Assembly: GCA_002868945.1 (NCBI GenBank) | Contig: PKTX01000008.1 | Coordinates: 48,474-112,473 of the forward strand | Direction of reading: 5' to 3' | Length of the DNA: 64,000 nt | DNA from: Desulfobulbaceae bacterium | GTDB lineage: Bacteria; Desulfobacterota; Desulfobulbia; Desulfobulbales; SURF-16 | Shown here: positions 27,204 through 37,238 of the stretch, piece by piece | How positions within the stretch are numbered: the first letter of the stretch is position 1 | How the letters are laid out: each line of letters begins with the position of its first letter | The notes under the pieces: model-generated | The model's input: the letters and a program-made list of their open reading frames with translations, nothing else | The model's database searches: none | What the model was told of the DNA's origin: nothing | Made by a program: the position numbers and the translations under genes

Positions 27204-28495
27204 GGCTGCTCTCCGGCAGGGGCAAACTCAAAGCCCAATATCTGCCGACATCGTGTGTAACGTTTCAGGAGCTGGCGGTGGTCGTCGGCGCCCAGGAGGA
27301 TGATGGCAATCTCATAACTGTAGCTGTCCTGATCCCGCAGTTCGCTGAGTCGTTGGCCCTGGCTCACCTCAATATAGACCTCGGTGCCCGGGAACTCGTT
27401 TTGGACCTGGTCGATCTCTGCGGCAGTGGGGACACGTGTGACCAGGGCATTTTCGTAATGGCGCCACATAAACTTGGCGGCGCATTTGAAGCGGCCGTTG
27501 GCCGGGGGGTAGTCGGGCTTGCGGCCCAGCGCCAATTCCACGGCGATTTCATGGTTTGATCTGCCGTGCACCTTTTCGAACATATCACTGAGTGACTGGG
27601 AAATACGAGGGTTGACCTCGATGAGTTTAAGATCGTCGCTTGTTTCGTCCCAGATGAATTCCAGATTAAAGGCGGCATTGTCCAGGCCGATTTTTGTAAG
27701 CAGCTCTGTGCTCAGCTCGATACTCTTTTCCTGCATATAGCGGGGCCAGGCCGAAGGATACTCAAAGCTGAGAAAGCTCTTGCCGGCCCGGTCTTTTATG
27801 GAGTCGGTGATGCCGGTGATATGTACCCGGCCGTTATGGACAAAACCCTCCGGGCCGTTCTGACGTTTGCCCCTGATTATCTCCTCGGCAATACAGTGAT
27901 TGCCGCCGATTCCTGCCACCTCGGGCGGCAGGTCAGCGTGTTGCAGGGCCATGTTAAAGGCCTTGCCGATCCGGGGGATGTTGGCACGGATAGTGGGAAG
28001 GTGGTGATAAAAACAGGCCTCCGAATCAATGTAAAAGCCCAGGTAGGAGGCAAATGATTTGATCGGCTTTGTCCAAAAGGGAAACTGCAGATGGATTTGG
28101 GCCAGCGGCTCAGCGGCAAAGGGATCAAAAACGCAGAAATCGGGGATGTGGGCCGGCATGATTTTCCGCTGTTCCAGGCGGGCCCAATACTTATGGCCGC
28201 ACTTCAGGACATCTTCCAGGGATGGTGAGGGCAGGTTAAAGGTTCGGCAGAGGATGGGCCGCATGGTGTCGGCCGGGAAGTCCCAATGGTTGATGATGGC
28301 GTCGATTCTTCCCGGGAAGCGACGCAGCTGTTTTTCCGCCTTGGCCAGCATGGCCTCATAGGGGTAATCGAGGGGTTTGACCACCTCATCATGCTCCAGC
28401 AGGGTGTGAAAGGTGTAGTTCTCACTGTGACGGATACCTTGCAGTTTCCGACGATTGTAAGGATCAAGTCCGATGACAAAAATGTTTTTGTTCAT
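27200..28495 (-). CDS. ATP-grasp domain ligase (unknown substrate)
   Basis: The ATG at 28495 begins MNKNIFVIGLD. The ATP-grasp C-terminal motif is LKLIEVNPRIS. The stop overlaps the hydrolase start (ATGA). Confidence 0.8.
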   Translation of the reverse strand: MNKNIFVIGLDPYNRRKLQGIRHSENYTFHTLLEHDEVVKPLDYPYEAMLAKAEKQLRRFPGRIDAIINHWDFPADTMRPILCRTFNLPSPSLEDVLKCGHKYWARLEQRKIMPAHIPDFCVFDPFAAEPLAQIHLQFPFWTKPIKSFASYLGFYIDSEACFYHHLPTIRANIPRIGKAFNMALQHADLPPEVAGIGGNHCIAEEIIRGKRQNGPEGFVHNGRVHITGITDSIKDRAGKSFLSFEYPSAWPRYMQEKSIELSTELLTKIGLDNAAFNLEFIWDETSDDLKLIEVNPRISQSLSDMFEKVHGRSNHEIAVELALGRKPDYPPANGRFKCAAKFMWRHYENALVTRVPTAAEIDQVQNEFPGTEVYIEVSQGQRLSELRDQDSYSYEIAIILLGADDHRQLLKRYTRCRQILGFEFAPAGEQP

Positions 28496-28744
28496 GTGCC
28501 CGGCCTCTGTTGCAGAGTTGAGCAAGGGTCTTATGGCAGACAGCCACGGAAAATAGTATGTAAAGCATACCGCAGGCCGCCTTCCGGAAGCAAATGGTAA
28601 AAAAAGTCCCCGGGTCTGTTGCGCTGTGGCTCATTGCTTGGCCAGTTGACGGCGGTCGTCCGGACCGGCTGGTGGGGCAATAAGGTGCTCTCGACGCTTG
28701 ACCGTTGCCATCTTTGTCGACAGAAAGTATAGTAATAGTTACTT

Positions 28745-28758
28745 TTAAGCTTTCCTGG
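28745..28758 (-). repeat. Dispersed AAGCTT upstream element, short copy
   Basis: TTAAGCTTTCCTGG on the plus strand. The purine-rich strand is sense to the ATP-grasp gene, about 250 nt upstream. It is nested in the inverted repeat TAGTTAC...GTAACTA. Confidence 0.5.
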
Positions 28759-28816
28759 TTAAGGTAACTATAGGACATTAAACGATTTGAAAGCTGTTTC
28801 GGACGTATAATGTTGT

Positions 28817-28860
28817 GAAAATTCAGAATTCAGGAATCGGGAAAGAGAAGAAAAGCTTAA
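28817..28860 (+). repeat. Dispersed heptamer/AAGCTT upstream element, copy 3
   Basis: GAAAATTCA GAATTCA GGAATCG GGAAAGA GAAGAAAAGCTTAA, 162 nt upstream of the PAS-LuxR ATG. Confidence 0.75.
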
Positions 28861-29021
28861 AGACTCAACTTTCTAACTTCTAATATCAATAAGATAACAG
28901 ATGTCGGGAAGTTGAGGGTGCTTTTTGGGTTGGGCCCGTCATCTCTGCGCGTCTCTCTGGCCGGCAGTGGCTCAGGCCTTGTTGTTTTTCCAGATGGTAT
29001 AAATTTTTATGAGGTGCCCTG

Positions 29022-30533
29022 ATGACCGCTGAAGAGAAGAGCACGAAAGGCCTTGACCCGGAACTGGCCCAGGCCCGCCGGCGCATTGTCGAGTTGAGCC
29101 GCGCCCTTGCTCAGGCGGAACCAGGTCATAAGGCCCTGGCCGGTTGGGATGCGAGCCTCGTGAGCCTGCCTGTTGCAGCCGCACAGGGCGACGCCGCTCT
29201 GAGCTGTCAGGAAGAGCTGCAGGAAGAGCTGCTGCGCAAACAGATCTTGCTGGAGACCATCGTCAACACCATTCCGGATATTATCTGTCTCAAGGATGGC
29301 GAGGGCCGCTGGTTGTTGGCCAATGACTTTGATCTGCAGCTTTTTCAACTGCTGGATGTTGACTACAAGGGCAAGACCGATGCCGAACTGGCCCCCTACA
29401 GCGCCTTTTATCAGGAGGCCTTTCTCGGCTGCATGGCCACGGACAGGGCGGCCTGGGCCAAGGGGAACCCCTCCAGGGATGAAGAAATCATTCCGCGGCC
29501 GGACGGTTCTACCAAGATCTTTGATGTCGTCAAGGTCCCTCTGTTCAACCCGGACGGCTCCCGTCAGGCCCTGGTGGTGGCCGGCCGGGATATCACCGAC
29601 CTGCGCCGGGCCCAGCAGAAAAATCAGGAGAATGAACAACGTTTTCGCCTTCTCTTTCAGAATGCGCCCATGCCCTACCAGTCGCTCAGTGCCGACGGTG
29701 TTATCCTTGACGTCAATGACAAGTGGCTCCAGGTTCTGGGGTATCGTCGTGACCAGGTGGTGGGCCGTTTTTTTCGGGAGTTTATTGTCCCTGACGCCAA
29801 ACAGGTTTTTGATTTCCACTTCGGTCAGCTTAAGGAGCAGGGCGCCCAGCAGAATGTCGAGATGCAGATGATCAAGGAGGATGGCGATATCCTCTCTGTC
29901 GCCTTTGACGGCGAGATTATCACCAGCAGCGAAGGCGAACTGCTCCAGACCCTCTGCGTTTTTCGTGATATCACCCGGCAGAAGGAGCTTGATGAGATAC
30001 TGTACAACTCCCGGGCCACCCTGGAACGGCAGGTGCGGGAGCGCACCCGTGAGCTGCGCAAAAAGGGGGAGGAGCAGGACAAGACCCTGCTTGCCCTGGA
30101 GAGGAAGTCGCAGGATCTGCATGACGCCAATGTTGCCCTGAAGGTGCTGCTTGAACAGGGCAGCAAGGCAAAAAAAGAGCTGGAGGGGCAGATACTGGCC
30201 AACATCAAGGAGCTGGTTTTCCCCTATCTCGATGAGCTGGACATGGAGCTGAAGGGCAAGGCCGCCGCCGCCTATGTGCAGCTCTTCAGAAAGAGGCTGG
30301 CGGAGATTACCTCCTCTTTCTCCCGGGAGCTCACCTCCAAGCTTGTTGAGTTGACCCCGCGCGAGTTGCAGGTGGCCGAGCTTATCAAGCAGGGCTGCAG
30401 CAATAAGGATATTGCCATGCTGCTGCACATTGCCCCCGGCACCGTGGATGTCTACCGTAATAACATTCGCAAAAAATTGGGCCTCAAAAAGAAAAAAATA
30501 AACCTGCGCGCCTATCTCCTAACCAGCATATGA
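29022..30533 (+). CDS. PAS-domain LuxR-family transcriptional regulator
   Basis: GAGGTG SD. Two PAS-like segments and a coiled coil precede the C-terminal LuxR HTH, LTPRELQVAELIKQGCSNKDIAMLLHIAPGTVDVYRNNIRKKLG. Confidence 0.9.
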   Translation: MTAEEKSTKGLDPELAQARRRIVELSRALAQAEPGHKALAGWDASLVSLPVAAAQGDAALSCQEELQEELLRKQILLETIVNTIPDIICLKDGEGRWLLANDFDLQLFQLLDVDYKGKTDAELAPYSAFYQEAFLGCMATDRAAWAKGNPSRDEEIIPRPDGSTKIFDVVKVPLFNPDGSRQALVVAGRDITDLRRAQQKNQENEQRFRLLFQNAPMPYQSLSADGVILDVNDKWLQVLGYRRDQVVGRFFREFIVPDAKQVFDFHFGQLKEQGAQQNVEMQMIKEDGDILSVAFDGEIITSSEGELLQTLCVFRDITRQKELDEILYNSRATLERQVRERTRELRKKGEEQDKTLLALERKSQDLHDANVALKVLLEQGSKAKKELEGQILANIKELVFPYLDELDMELKGKAAAAYVQLFRKRLAEITSSFSRELTSKLVELTPRELQVAELIKQGCSNKDIAMLLHIAPGTVDVYRNNIRKKLGLKKKKINLRAYLLTSI

Positions 30534-30806
30534 CACTTGTGTCTCTCCCGAAAGGCTCCGATCTTTCAAGTCTTTTACCAGGGGGCTGTCTGAGAAATAT
30601 ATAGTTCTGCTATAGGATCTTCATATGTTTTTTTGATTTGAAGGAAATGCTTAAATTGGTGTACTGCTTTGGACAAGGAGTTGTGCGGATATTCTCCTGT
30701 CTGTTTGTCTCCCCTTTCCGGAGTGGATTCCCGTACCGATCATCACTCCGCTCTTTGCCATTTTCCCGCCCCCCGCGGCGGCGACCAACTTGCTTGCGTT
30801 GTTTTT

Positions 30807-33734
30807 ATGAATGAAAAAAAACAGGCCATTGTCCTCCTGAGCCTTGTGCTGGCCCTACTCGTCAGCCTTTTCCTCTACCATGTCCAGCAGCTTGAGACCC
30901 GTATGGCCGATCTGGTTATTGAAAGCGATGCCCGGGATCTCAATACCACCATGCAGACCCTGCAAAAGTACTCCTATGCCAAGTATGCTGAGCGCATCAA
31001 GAATCTGCTACTCTCCGACCCGCGTATTGCCGAGGCCTTTGCCGCCCGGGACAGGGAGCGGCTCCAGGCTGTCAGCCGCATCAAATATGATTCCCTGCGC
31101 CGTGAAAATCCCTACTTTCATATCATGCAGTTTCACCTGCCGGAGGGCACCACTTTTTTGCGCATGCACCGTCCCGCATTTTTCGGTGATACCCTGACCG
31201 GCAGGCGGGCCATGGTCGCCGAGGTGCACCGCAAGCGGGCGCCGGTGTCCGGTTTCGGCTTCTGCAGCGACGGTCTTTTCTTTCGGGTCATTCAACCGGT
31301 CTTTGTCGATAAGGAGTATGTCGGGGCGGTGGAGTTCGGTATCAGGGGGCAGGAGGTTGTCGCCGCCATCCGGGAGAACCTGGAGGCCATGGCCATCACT
31401 TTTTTCAGGGCGCATGCCTGGCTGAAGGCGGCCAGGACCTCCGGCCGCCACTATACCGAGGTCGGCGATTTCGTCGTCCTCTGCGACAATCGCGCCCTGT
31501 TGGAGAAGCTGCCCGCCTCTTTTTACGAGGAGCAGCACGACAGGGTCATTGCTCATGAGGGGCGCAGCTTTCGGGTCCACAATCACCAGATTTTTCAGGA
31601 TCATCACGGCGAGAGCATTGGTGGGGTCATCCTCTTTCAGGATATCACCGCCGCCCTGGAAAAGAAGCAGGCCTTTTTCTGGCGGGCCGTCCTTGTCTCC
31701 CTCCTGCTTTTTCTGCTCAGCGCCGCACTGCTCTATGTCTCCTTTGAGAGGATTCTCCGCTCGCTTCTTGGTGAGGTTGCCACCCGTCAGAAAAAGGAGG
31801 TGGAGGTTGAGGAGCGCGAGGCCCATATCCGCCTGTTGCTCAACTCCACGGCCGAGGGAATCTTCGGTCTTGACAATGAGGGGCGCTGTACCTTTGTCAA
31901 CAGATCCTGCCTGGAGATGCTGGGCTATGAGCACGAAGAGGAACTGCTCGGTGTAACCCTCCATGACCTGATTCATTACAGCAAACCGGACGGGAGTGAG
32001 TTCCCCATGGCGGAGTGCCCCATGTGCCGCTCCTATCACGGCGGTCAGGAGGTGTGCATCGATGACGAGGTGCTGTGGTGCAAGGATGGCCGCGCTATTC
32101 CGGTCTGCTATCACGCCTATCCCATTCGGCAGGAGGGGAGGCTGCTCGGTTCCGTGGTCTCCTTTTCCGATATCACCCGGCGCAAGCAGGCCGAGTATGA
32201 CAAAGAACGCCTCACCGCCGCCATCGAGCATGCCGCCGACGAGATTATTATCACGGATCTCAACGGTTCTATCGAGTATGTCAATCCCGCCTTTGAGCAG
32301 GTGACCGGCTACAGCAGGTATGAGGTCATGGGCAAGGCCCCCAGTGTGCTCAAGAGCGGTAGGCACAGCGAAGAATTCTATCGCGATTTATGGGAAACCA
32401 TCAGTGCCGGCATGGTCTGGTCGAGCCGTATCATCAACAGGATCAAGGACGGCACCCTCATTGAGGAGGATGCCGTCATCTCCCCAATTTTTGACGGCAA
32501 AGGCCGAATCATCGGCTATGTGGCGGTCAAACGGGATGTCACCGACAAGGTCCGCATGGAGGAGCGTTTGCGCCAGGCCAACAAGATGGAATCCCTTGGT
32601 ACCCTGGCCGGGGCCATTGCCCATGACTTCAACAATATATTAAACGGCATCATCGGCCTGACCTCCCTGTCGCTGCTGGAAACAGAAGCACGGGGCAAGA
32701 TCGCCGCCAATCTCAACGAAATCATGCGCACCGGCGAGACCGCCAAGGAGCTGGTGCGGCAGATTCTCGCCTTTACCCGCAAGGAAAGTTCCGAGTATAA
32801 GGCCTTGGCGCTCCAGGATGTTGCCAAGGATGTTGTCAAGTTGCTGCGCTGTACCATCTCCGGCAAGATCAAGATCGTTGAGCAGCTGGATGGGGATTGT
32901 CCGGCCATCTGGGGCAACAGGAGCCAGATGCACCAGGTTGTCATGAACCTCGGCACCAATGCCTACCAGGCCATGCGCCGGGAGGGCGGTGTCCTGACGG
33001 TGACGGTCTCCCAGTGCAGTGAGCCGGGGGCATGGCACGGGGAGGAGGGCCGACGCCTTGTTCGTCTGGTGATCAGTGACACCGGCTGCGGCATGGCGCC
33101 CGAGGTGCAGAAACATATTTTTGAGCCCTATTTCACCACCAAGAAAGAGGGGGAGGGCACCGGTTTTGGTCTGGCCACGGTGCATAAGGTTGTCAGCGCC
33201 CACCACGGTACCATTGATGTGCAGAGCGAACCGGGGCAAGGAACGACATTTACCCTCACCTTCCCGGTCCATGAGGAGCAACAGGGGACGGCTGCGGACG
33301 AGACAGCCCCCCTCATCACCTCTGAACTCAGCGGCCATGTCCTTTTTGTCGACGATGCAGCCGTCAATGTCATGCTTGGTCAGGAGATTCTGCAATCCGC
33401 CGGCTGCCGGGTCACGGGTTTCACCGACAGTGCCCAGGCCCTGGAGGCCTTCCGTCAGGAACCGGAGGCCTTTGATCTGCTGGTGACGGACCATGTCATG
33501 CCCGGCTTGAGCGGTGTGGAGCTGGTCTCCGAGGTGAAGCGGCTGCGCCGTGATATTCCGGTCTTGATGATTACCGGCTATGATGACCCGGCCCATGACG
33601 AGGAGCTTAATCAGTGCGGTATTGATCAGTTTCTGGCCAAACCCATCAGCGTCAAGCGTCTCCTGGTTGCCGCGGCATTTCTGCTGGCGGATGCCGGTGG
33701 CGCCGCACCGCAGCAAGACCGCAAAAACGAATGA
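30807..33734 (+). CDS. Hybrid sensor histidine kinase (Cache-like sensor, PAS x2, HisKA, HATPase, REC)
   Basis: The ATG at 30807 begins MNEKKQAIVLL, parallel to the MNEKQQATLIV start of the 10259-12805 paralogue. Sensor motif is MQFHLPEGTTFLRMHRPAFFGDTL and H-box is GAIAHDFNNILNGI. ATPase boxes are DTGCGM and GTGFGLATV. The receiver has VLFVDDAAVN. Confidence 0.9.
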   Translation: MNEKKQAIVLLSLVLALLVSLFLYHVQQLETRMADLVIESDARDLNTTMQTLQKYSYAKYAERIKNLLLSDPRIAEAFAARDRERLQAVSRIKYDSLRRENPYFHIMQFHLPEGTTFLRMHRPAFFGDTLTGRRAMVAEVHRKRAPVSGFGFCSDGLFFRVIQPVFVDKEYVGAVEFGIRGQEVVAAIRENLEAMAITFFRAHAWLKAARTSGRHYTEVGDFVVLCDNRALLEKLPASFYEEQHDRVIAHEGRSFRVHNHQIFQDHHGESIGGVILFQDITAALEKKQAFFWRAVLVSLLLFLLSAALLYVSFERILRSLLGEVATRQKKEVEVEEREAHIRLLLNSTAEGIFGLDNEGRCTFVNRSCLEMLGYEHEEELLGVTLHDLIHYSKPDGSEFPMAECPMCRSYHGGQEVCIDDEVLWCKDGRAIPVCYHAYPIRQEGRLLGSVVSFSDITRRKQAEYDKERLTAAIEHAADEIIITDLNGSIEYVNPAFEQVTGYSRYEVMGKAPSVLKSGRHSEEFYRDLWETISAGMVWSSRIINRIKDGTLIEEDAVISPIFDGKGRIIGYVAVKRDVTDKVRMEERLRQANKMESLGTLAGAIAHDFNNILNGIIGLTSLSLLETEARGKIAANLNEIMRTGETAKELVRQILAFTRKESSEYKALALQDVAKDVVKLLRCTISGKIKIVEQLDGDCPAIWGNRSQMHQVVMNLGTNAYQAMRREGGVLTVTVSQCSEPGAWHGEEGRRLVRLVISDTGCGMAPEVQKHIFEPYFTTKKEGEGTGFGLATVHKVVSAHHGTIDVQSEPGQGTTFTLTFPVHEEQQGTAADETAPLITSELSGHVLFVDDAAVNVMLGQEILQSAGCRVTGFTDSAQALEAFRQEPEAFDLLVTDHVMPGLSGVELVSEVKRLRRDIPVLMITGYDDPAHDEELNQCGIDQFLAKPISVKRLLVAAAFLLADAGGAAPQQDRKNE

Positions 33735-34345
33735 GTTCACGAGGCCACAGGGAGAGATACCGGCCCAAGGGGGGCGCCGCAACCTTTGCCACCTGCCGGC
33801 CGCTAAGACCGAAAAGCAGATGGTGGCGCCATCAGTAGGTCGTTGTTGGAATGACTTGCCCTTTGCCGCAGACAAAGAACGTGACATGGCGGGCCATGCC
33901 TGCAGGTGCATGCCGCATGGCGGGGCCTTGCTTGGCTGGGGCCATGGCCGGGCCGGCGCTGTCAGTGTGGAGCTGATGCCGCTTGCCGGGAGAATGAAGG
34001 GCCGTTTGCGGTGTAGGACTGACGCCGTACCTGGCAACTCTCTTTGGTAAACAGGAAGGCGCCGAGGGGCAAGTCGGCCTGTTCTGCATTTTTTATCGTA
34101 TGACCACGCATCTTTAAGGCCATGTTGGACAAGGTACCCTTAAGTCTTTGGCCTGCTTGCGGCGGAGAAATCATCTGCGTCGATGCGGCCAGCTATGCTC
34201 TGCCCAAAGTCTTGCAGAGACGCATCACCGCAGTGAGTCCCGGCAGGTCGGACCTGTCAAACAGCAGGTTTTGCCGCTCAACAGAGGCTGAAGATGGGTG
34301 GTAGGCATATTTTTTAACCATATCAGGAGTATCAGGAGAAGGATT

Positions 34346-35872
34346 ATGACGCATAAAACTACTATACAAAAATTGTTGGCGGTAGGTTTCGGTGTTGCGG
34401 TGGCCGGAGCCATTATCATCGGCGTCTTTGCAACTCTTGGTCTTAACAAGAGCATTGAAAATGCCGTGCGCACCACCCGGACCGATGTGCCGCTGGTGGT
34501 CTCTGTGGAAAAGCTGCGGAACAACATGTTGATGTTGCGTCGTTACGAGAAGGATTACTTTCTCAATATAGGTAATCCGGACAAGCAGCAGGGCTATCTG
34601 AAAAAGTATAATGGCCAGTTGGCGGCAATGGAAACGCTGCTGGCCGACCTGAAGTCGATCATTGCTCATGATGGCGTTCTGAGTGATCGTGTGCAGAGCC
34701 AGGCCGGCAGGCTGGCCGGCCTTTATGGACAATATAAAACGGGTTTCTTTGCCGTGGTCGAGGCCCTGCAGGCAGATACTACAATTACGCCGCAGCATGC
34801 CAATGGGATGATGGCCTCAACCAAGGAGGCGGTCCATGGTTTCGAGGAAGTCCTGGTCTTTCTGCAGGATGAGTTTAACACCATGTTGCAGGGCACGGTG
34901 GCTGATGTGGTCAGCAGTGGTGAGCGTACCAAGGGGATCCTGCTGGTTATGGTCGGTGGCGGCGCCTTGCTGCTGGTTGCCATATCCCTGTTCATGAGTC
35001 GTCGCATTGTCGGCGTTTTGAGCCGCTCGGTTGAGAGTGTCGGGGCAAATGCCCAGCAGCTTGCCAGCGCCTCGGATTCCATTGCCCGGAACAGTCAGGG
35101 CTTGGCGGAAAGCGCCTCGGAGCAGGCTGCGGCCCTGGAGCAGGCCTCTGCCGCTGTTGACCAGCTTGCCTCGCAGGCGCGGCAGAATTCCGCGCACTCT
35201 GCCGAGGCCAGCTCGATCATGGCGAGCACGGAACAGGCCGTCCAACAGGCCAAACTCATCATGGGGGATCTTACCCTGTCCATGGGGGAAATCTCCACGG
35301 CCAGTGAGCAGACCTCGAAGATCGTCAAGACCATTGACGAGATAGCCTTTCAGACCAACCTTTTGGCCCTGAATGCAGCGGTGGAGGCGGCCCGGGCCGG
35401 TGAGGCGGGCGCCGGCTTTGCCGTGGTTGCCGATGAGGTGCGCAATCTGGCCATGCGGGCGACCGAGGCAACCAAATCGACCGCTGATCTCATTGACGTC
35501 ACCATGCATAAGGTAAGCAACGGCACCGGCGTGGTGGAGAAGACATCGGATGCCTTCACGCGTATTATTGAGGGGACAGACAAGGTTGCCTCATTGATCG
35601 GCGAGATAAGTGCCTCCTCCCATGAGCAGACCGAGGGCACGGTGCAGCTGGCCCAGGGGATTTCAGCCATGTCCTCATCGGTGCAATTGGTGGCGGCCAA
35701 CTCGGAGGAGGGGGCCAGTGCCGCGGAAGAGATGAGTGGCCAGACCGTCTGCCTGCAGGATGTGGTGGAGGAGCTCTCCGGTCTGGTGGGCTTGGAGCTG
35801 CATTCTGCCCAGGCGGCAGCTGTCGCTGCCGAAGGCTACGAGCGGGGGGCTCTGCCGCGCTTGGCCTTGTGA
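34346..35872 (+). CDS. Methyl-accepting chemotaxis protein
   Basis: The ATG at 34346 has a GGAGAAGG SD. Two TM helices flank a periplasmic helical domain. The signalling-hairpin core is [38 protein letters not shown]. Confidence 0.92.
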   Translation: MTHKTTIQKLLAVGFGVAVAGAIIIGVFATLGLNKSIENAVRTTRTDVPLVVSVEKLRNNMLMLRRYEKDYFLNIGNPDKQQGYLKKYNGQLAAMETLLADLKSIIAHDGVLSDRVQSQAGRLAGLYGQYKTGFFAVVEALQADTTITPQHANGMMASTKEAVHGFEEVLVFLQDEFNTMLQGTVADVVSSGERTKGILLVMVGGGALLLVAISLFMSRRIVGVLSRSVESVGANAQQLASASDSIARNSQGLAESASEQAAALEQASAAVDQLASQARQNSAHSAEASSIMASTEQAVQQAKLIMGDLTLSMGEISTASEQTSKIVKTIDEIAFQTNLLALNAAVEAARAGEAGAGFAVVADEVRNLAMRATEATKSTADLIDVTMHKVSNGTGVVEKTSDAFTRIIEGTDKVASLIGEISASSHEQTEGTVQLAQGISAMSSSVQLVAANSEEGASAAEEMSGQTVCLQDVVEELSGLVGLELHSAQAAAVAAEGYERGALPRLAL

Positions 35873-36503
35873 GAGAGGGATGAATTGTCCCCAGCCGCTG
35901 GCCATGAGCAGGGGCGGTCTTGCTCGGCAAGAAGCCGGTTAAGCGTCGACTTATGCGGTGGTGAAACCGTTCCGTGCAAAAATAATGTCCACGGGCGATT
36001 ATTTCATTGCCATCCGCCTTTCGCCCTCCACAAGGTTGTCATAGACACTCAGAGCCATTAAATATGCCGCCGTCAATGGTGAGGCGTTCTCGGCAAAGAC
36101 GTCCGGTGGCGGGTTAACTGTGGTGATGTAAAAACAAATAAACGTCCAAGGCATCGTCGCTCGCTGGCTCTCAAACCGCAGCCATGCCCGTCCGGAAGGC
36201 CTCAACAGTCTGTTCCAAGCGGCAAAGGCTAGAGCCAGGGGATACAGTGACGATCTGAGTTTTATAAGCATAATCAACCTGCTCCTCGCGCCCATCCAGG
36301 ATTTACCCAAATCCACATGAAACGTCGAAAAGCCGAAATAATCTCCGGCAAAGCGGCCGGCAGTGACTTGATGGCTGCGCTGAGGCTTGTCAAGGTTATG
36401 GGTAATTTAATTGTCTCAAGAATTTTTTTCTGCTAGGGTGGTGTGGTTAATTGTCGCGGCAGGGTGTGCTGTCTCTGGCTGGGAAAGTAAAAAAAATAAC
36501 GTA

Positions 36504-36522
36504 TTGTAAAATCTTTTTACAA
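36504..36522. promoter_or_regulatory. AT-rich palindrome TTGTAAAA-TCT-TTTTACAA upstream of the minor-pilin operon
   Basis: Perfect 8-bp arms, located 119 nt upstream of the first pilin ATG and just before the orphan terminator. The binding factor is unknown. Confidence 0.4.
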
Positions 36523-36558
36523 AAACGCTGCCGCCTCTCCGCCAAGGGGCGGTCTCGC

Positions 36559-36585
36559 TGCCGCCTTTGTGGCGGCATTTTTTTT
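36559..36585 (+). terminator. Orphan intrinsic terminator or attenuator in the leader of the minor-pilin operon
   Basis: TGCCGCC-TTTGT-GGCGGCA followed by T8. No plus-strand CDS lies upstream. A second copy of the left arm (CGCTGCCGCC, 36526-36535) and a CCGCC-AAGG-GGCGG hairpin (36538-36551) offer alternative pairings. Confidence 0.7.
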
Positions 36586-36640
36586 GCATGCACTATTGCC
36601 GGGCTGCTGATCTTCTTACTTACGTAAAAAATGGGTGGTT

Positions 36641-37204
36641 ATGCAGAAAAAAGTAAAAGAGACGATTAACCTGTTATTTTCGGCACGGCAGTCAGTGGCA
36701 GGCTTTTCATTAATTGAGCTGTTGCTGGTTCTGGCCATCTTTTCCGTGGTGGCTGTGATCGGCACAGCCAATGTCCTTGGCTGGCTGCCGGACATACGCC
36801 TGCGCTCGGCGGCCCGTGACCTGTATGGCAATATGCAGCAGGCCAGACTGATGGCGGTAAAAAACAACTCCCCTGTCGCTCTTGTTTATGACGGCAGCGA
36901 CGAACGTTACGCCATATGTACTTCCGCCGGTGCGGACGATGATTGGAGTACCTATGGCGACAATGACAAGGACATAAAGAAGAATATTGCCTCGGACGGC
37001 GGCAGCCGGACAATTTCACGGGTCACTGCTGCTGCTGATCAATTCCTTGGCAATCCAATAACCGCAATAGTTTTTTTACCTGACGGTAGTTCCGTTGGCA
37101 GCGGTTTTATCTATATACAGAACACGCATCCTGATAGCAGTGGTTCTATATATGCCGTTGGCGCAAAGGTAGCCAACGGTAATGTGGTTTTACGCAAACA
37201 GTAG
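36641..37204 (+). CDS. FimT/FimU (GspH-family) type IV minor pilin
   Basis: Prepilin-type N-terminal methylation motif AG/FSLIELLLVLAIFSVVAV, with a GspH/FimT-like helix LRSAARDLYGNMQQARLMAV. Confidence 0.85.
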   Translation: MQKKVKETINLLFSARQSVAGFSLIELLLVLAIFSVVAVIGTANVLGWLPDIRLRSAARDLYGNMQQARLMAVKNNSPVALVYDGSDERYAICTSAGADDDWSTYGDNDKDIKKNIASDGGSRTISRVTAAADQFLGNPITAIVFLPDGSSVGSGFIYIQNTHPDSSGSIYAVGAKVANGNVVLRKQ

Positions 37205-37238
37205 GGGGGATGCAGTGAAGTTTCGCGCACAAGGGAAT

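Noticed and set aside
33735-34345. Possible gene or pseudogene in the 610-bp spacer before the first MCP (track ORFs 33580-34050, 33832-34089, 33962-34174).
   Set aside because: The ORFs overlap each other in different frames, lack SD sequences and motifs, and are Arg/Gly/Pro/Ala-rich. The spacer does contain another ACCCTTAAG motif copy (34136-34144), but nothing supports a CDS.
35999-36316. 105-aa minus-strand ORF in the spacer upstream of the pilin operon.
   Set aside because: It has no Shine-Dalgarno and no recognisable motif, and its composition is odd. It may be a decayed gene remnant, but I cannot support a CDS or pseudogene call.
36317-36600. c-di-GMP (GEMM-I type) riboswitch in front of the pilin genes.
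   Set aside because: I looked for the conserved GGCAAACC / GNRA / GGGACGCAAAGCC arrangement. Only a partial GGCAAAGCGGCCGG match exists (36347-36360), with no supporting P1/P2 helices. This needs cmsearch to exclude formally.
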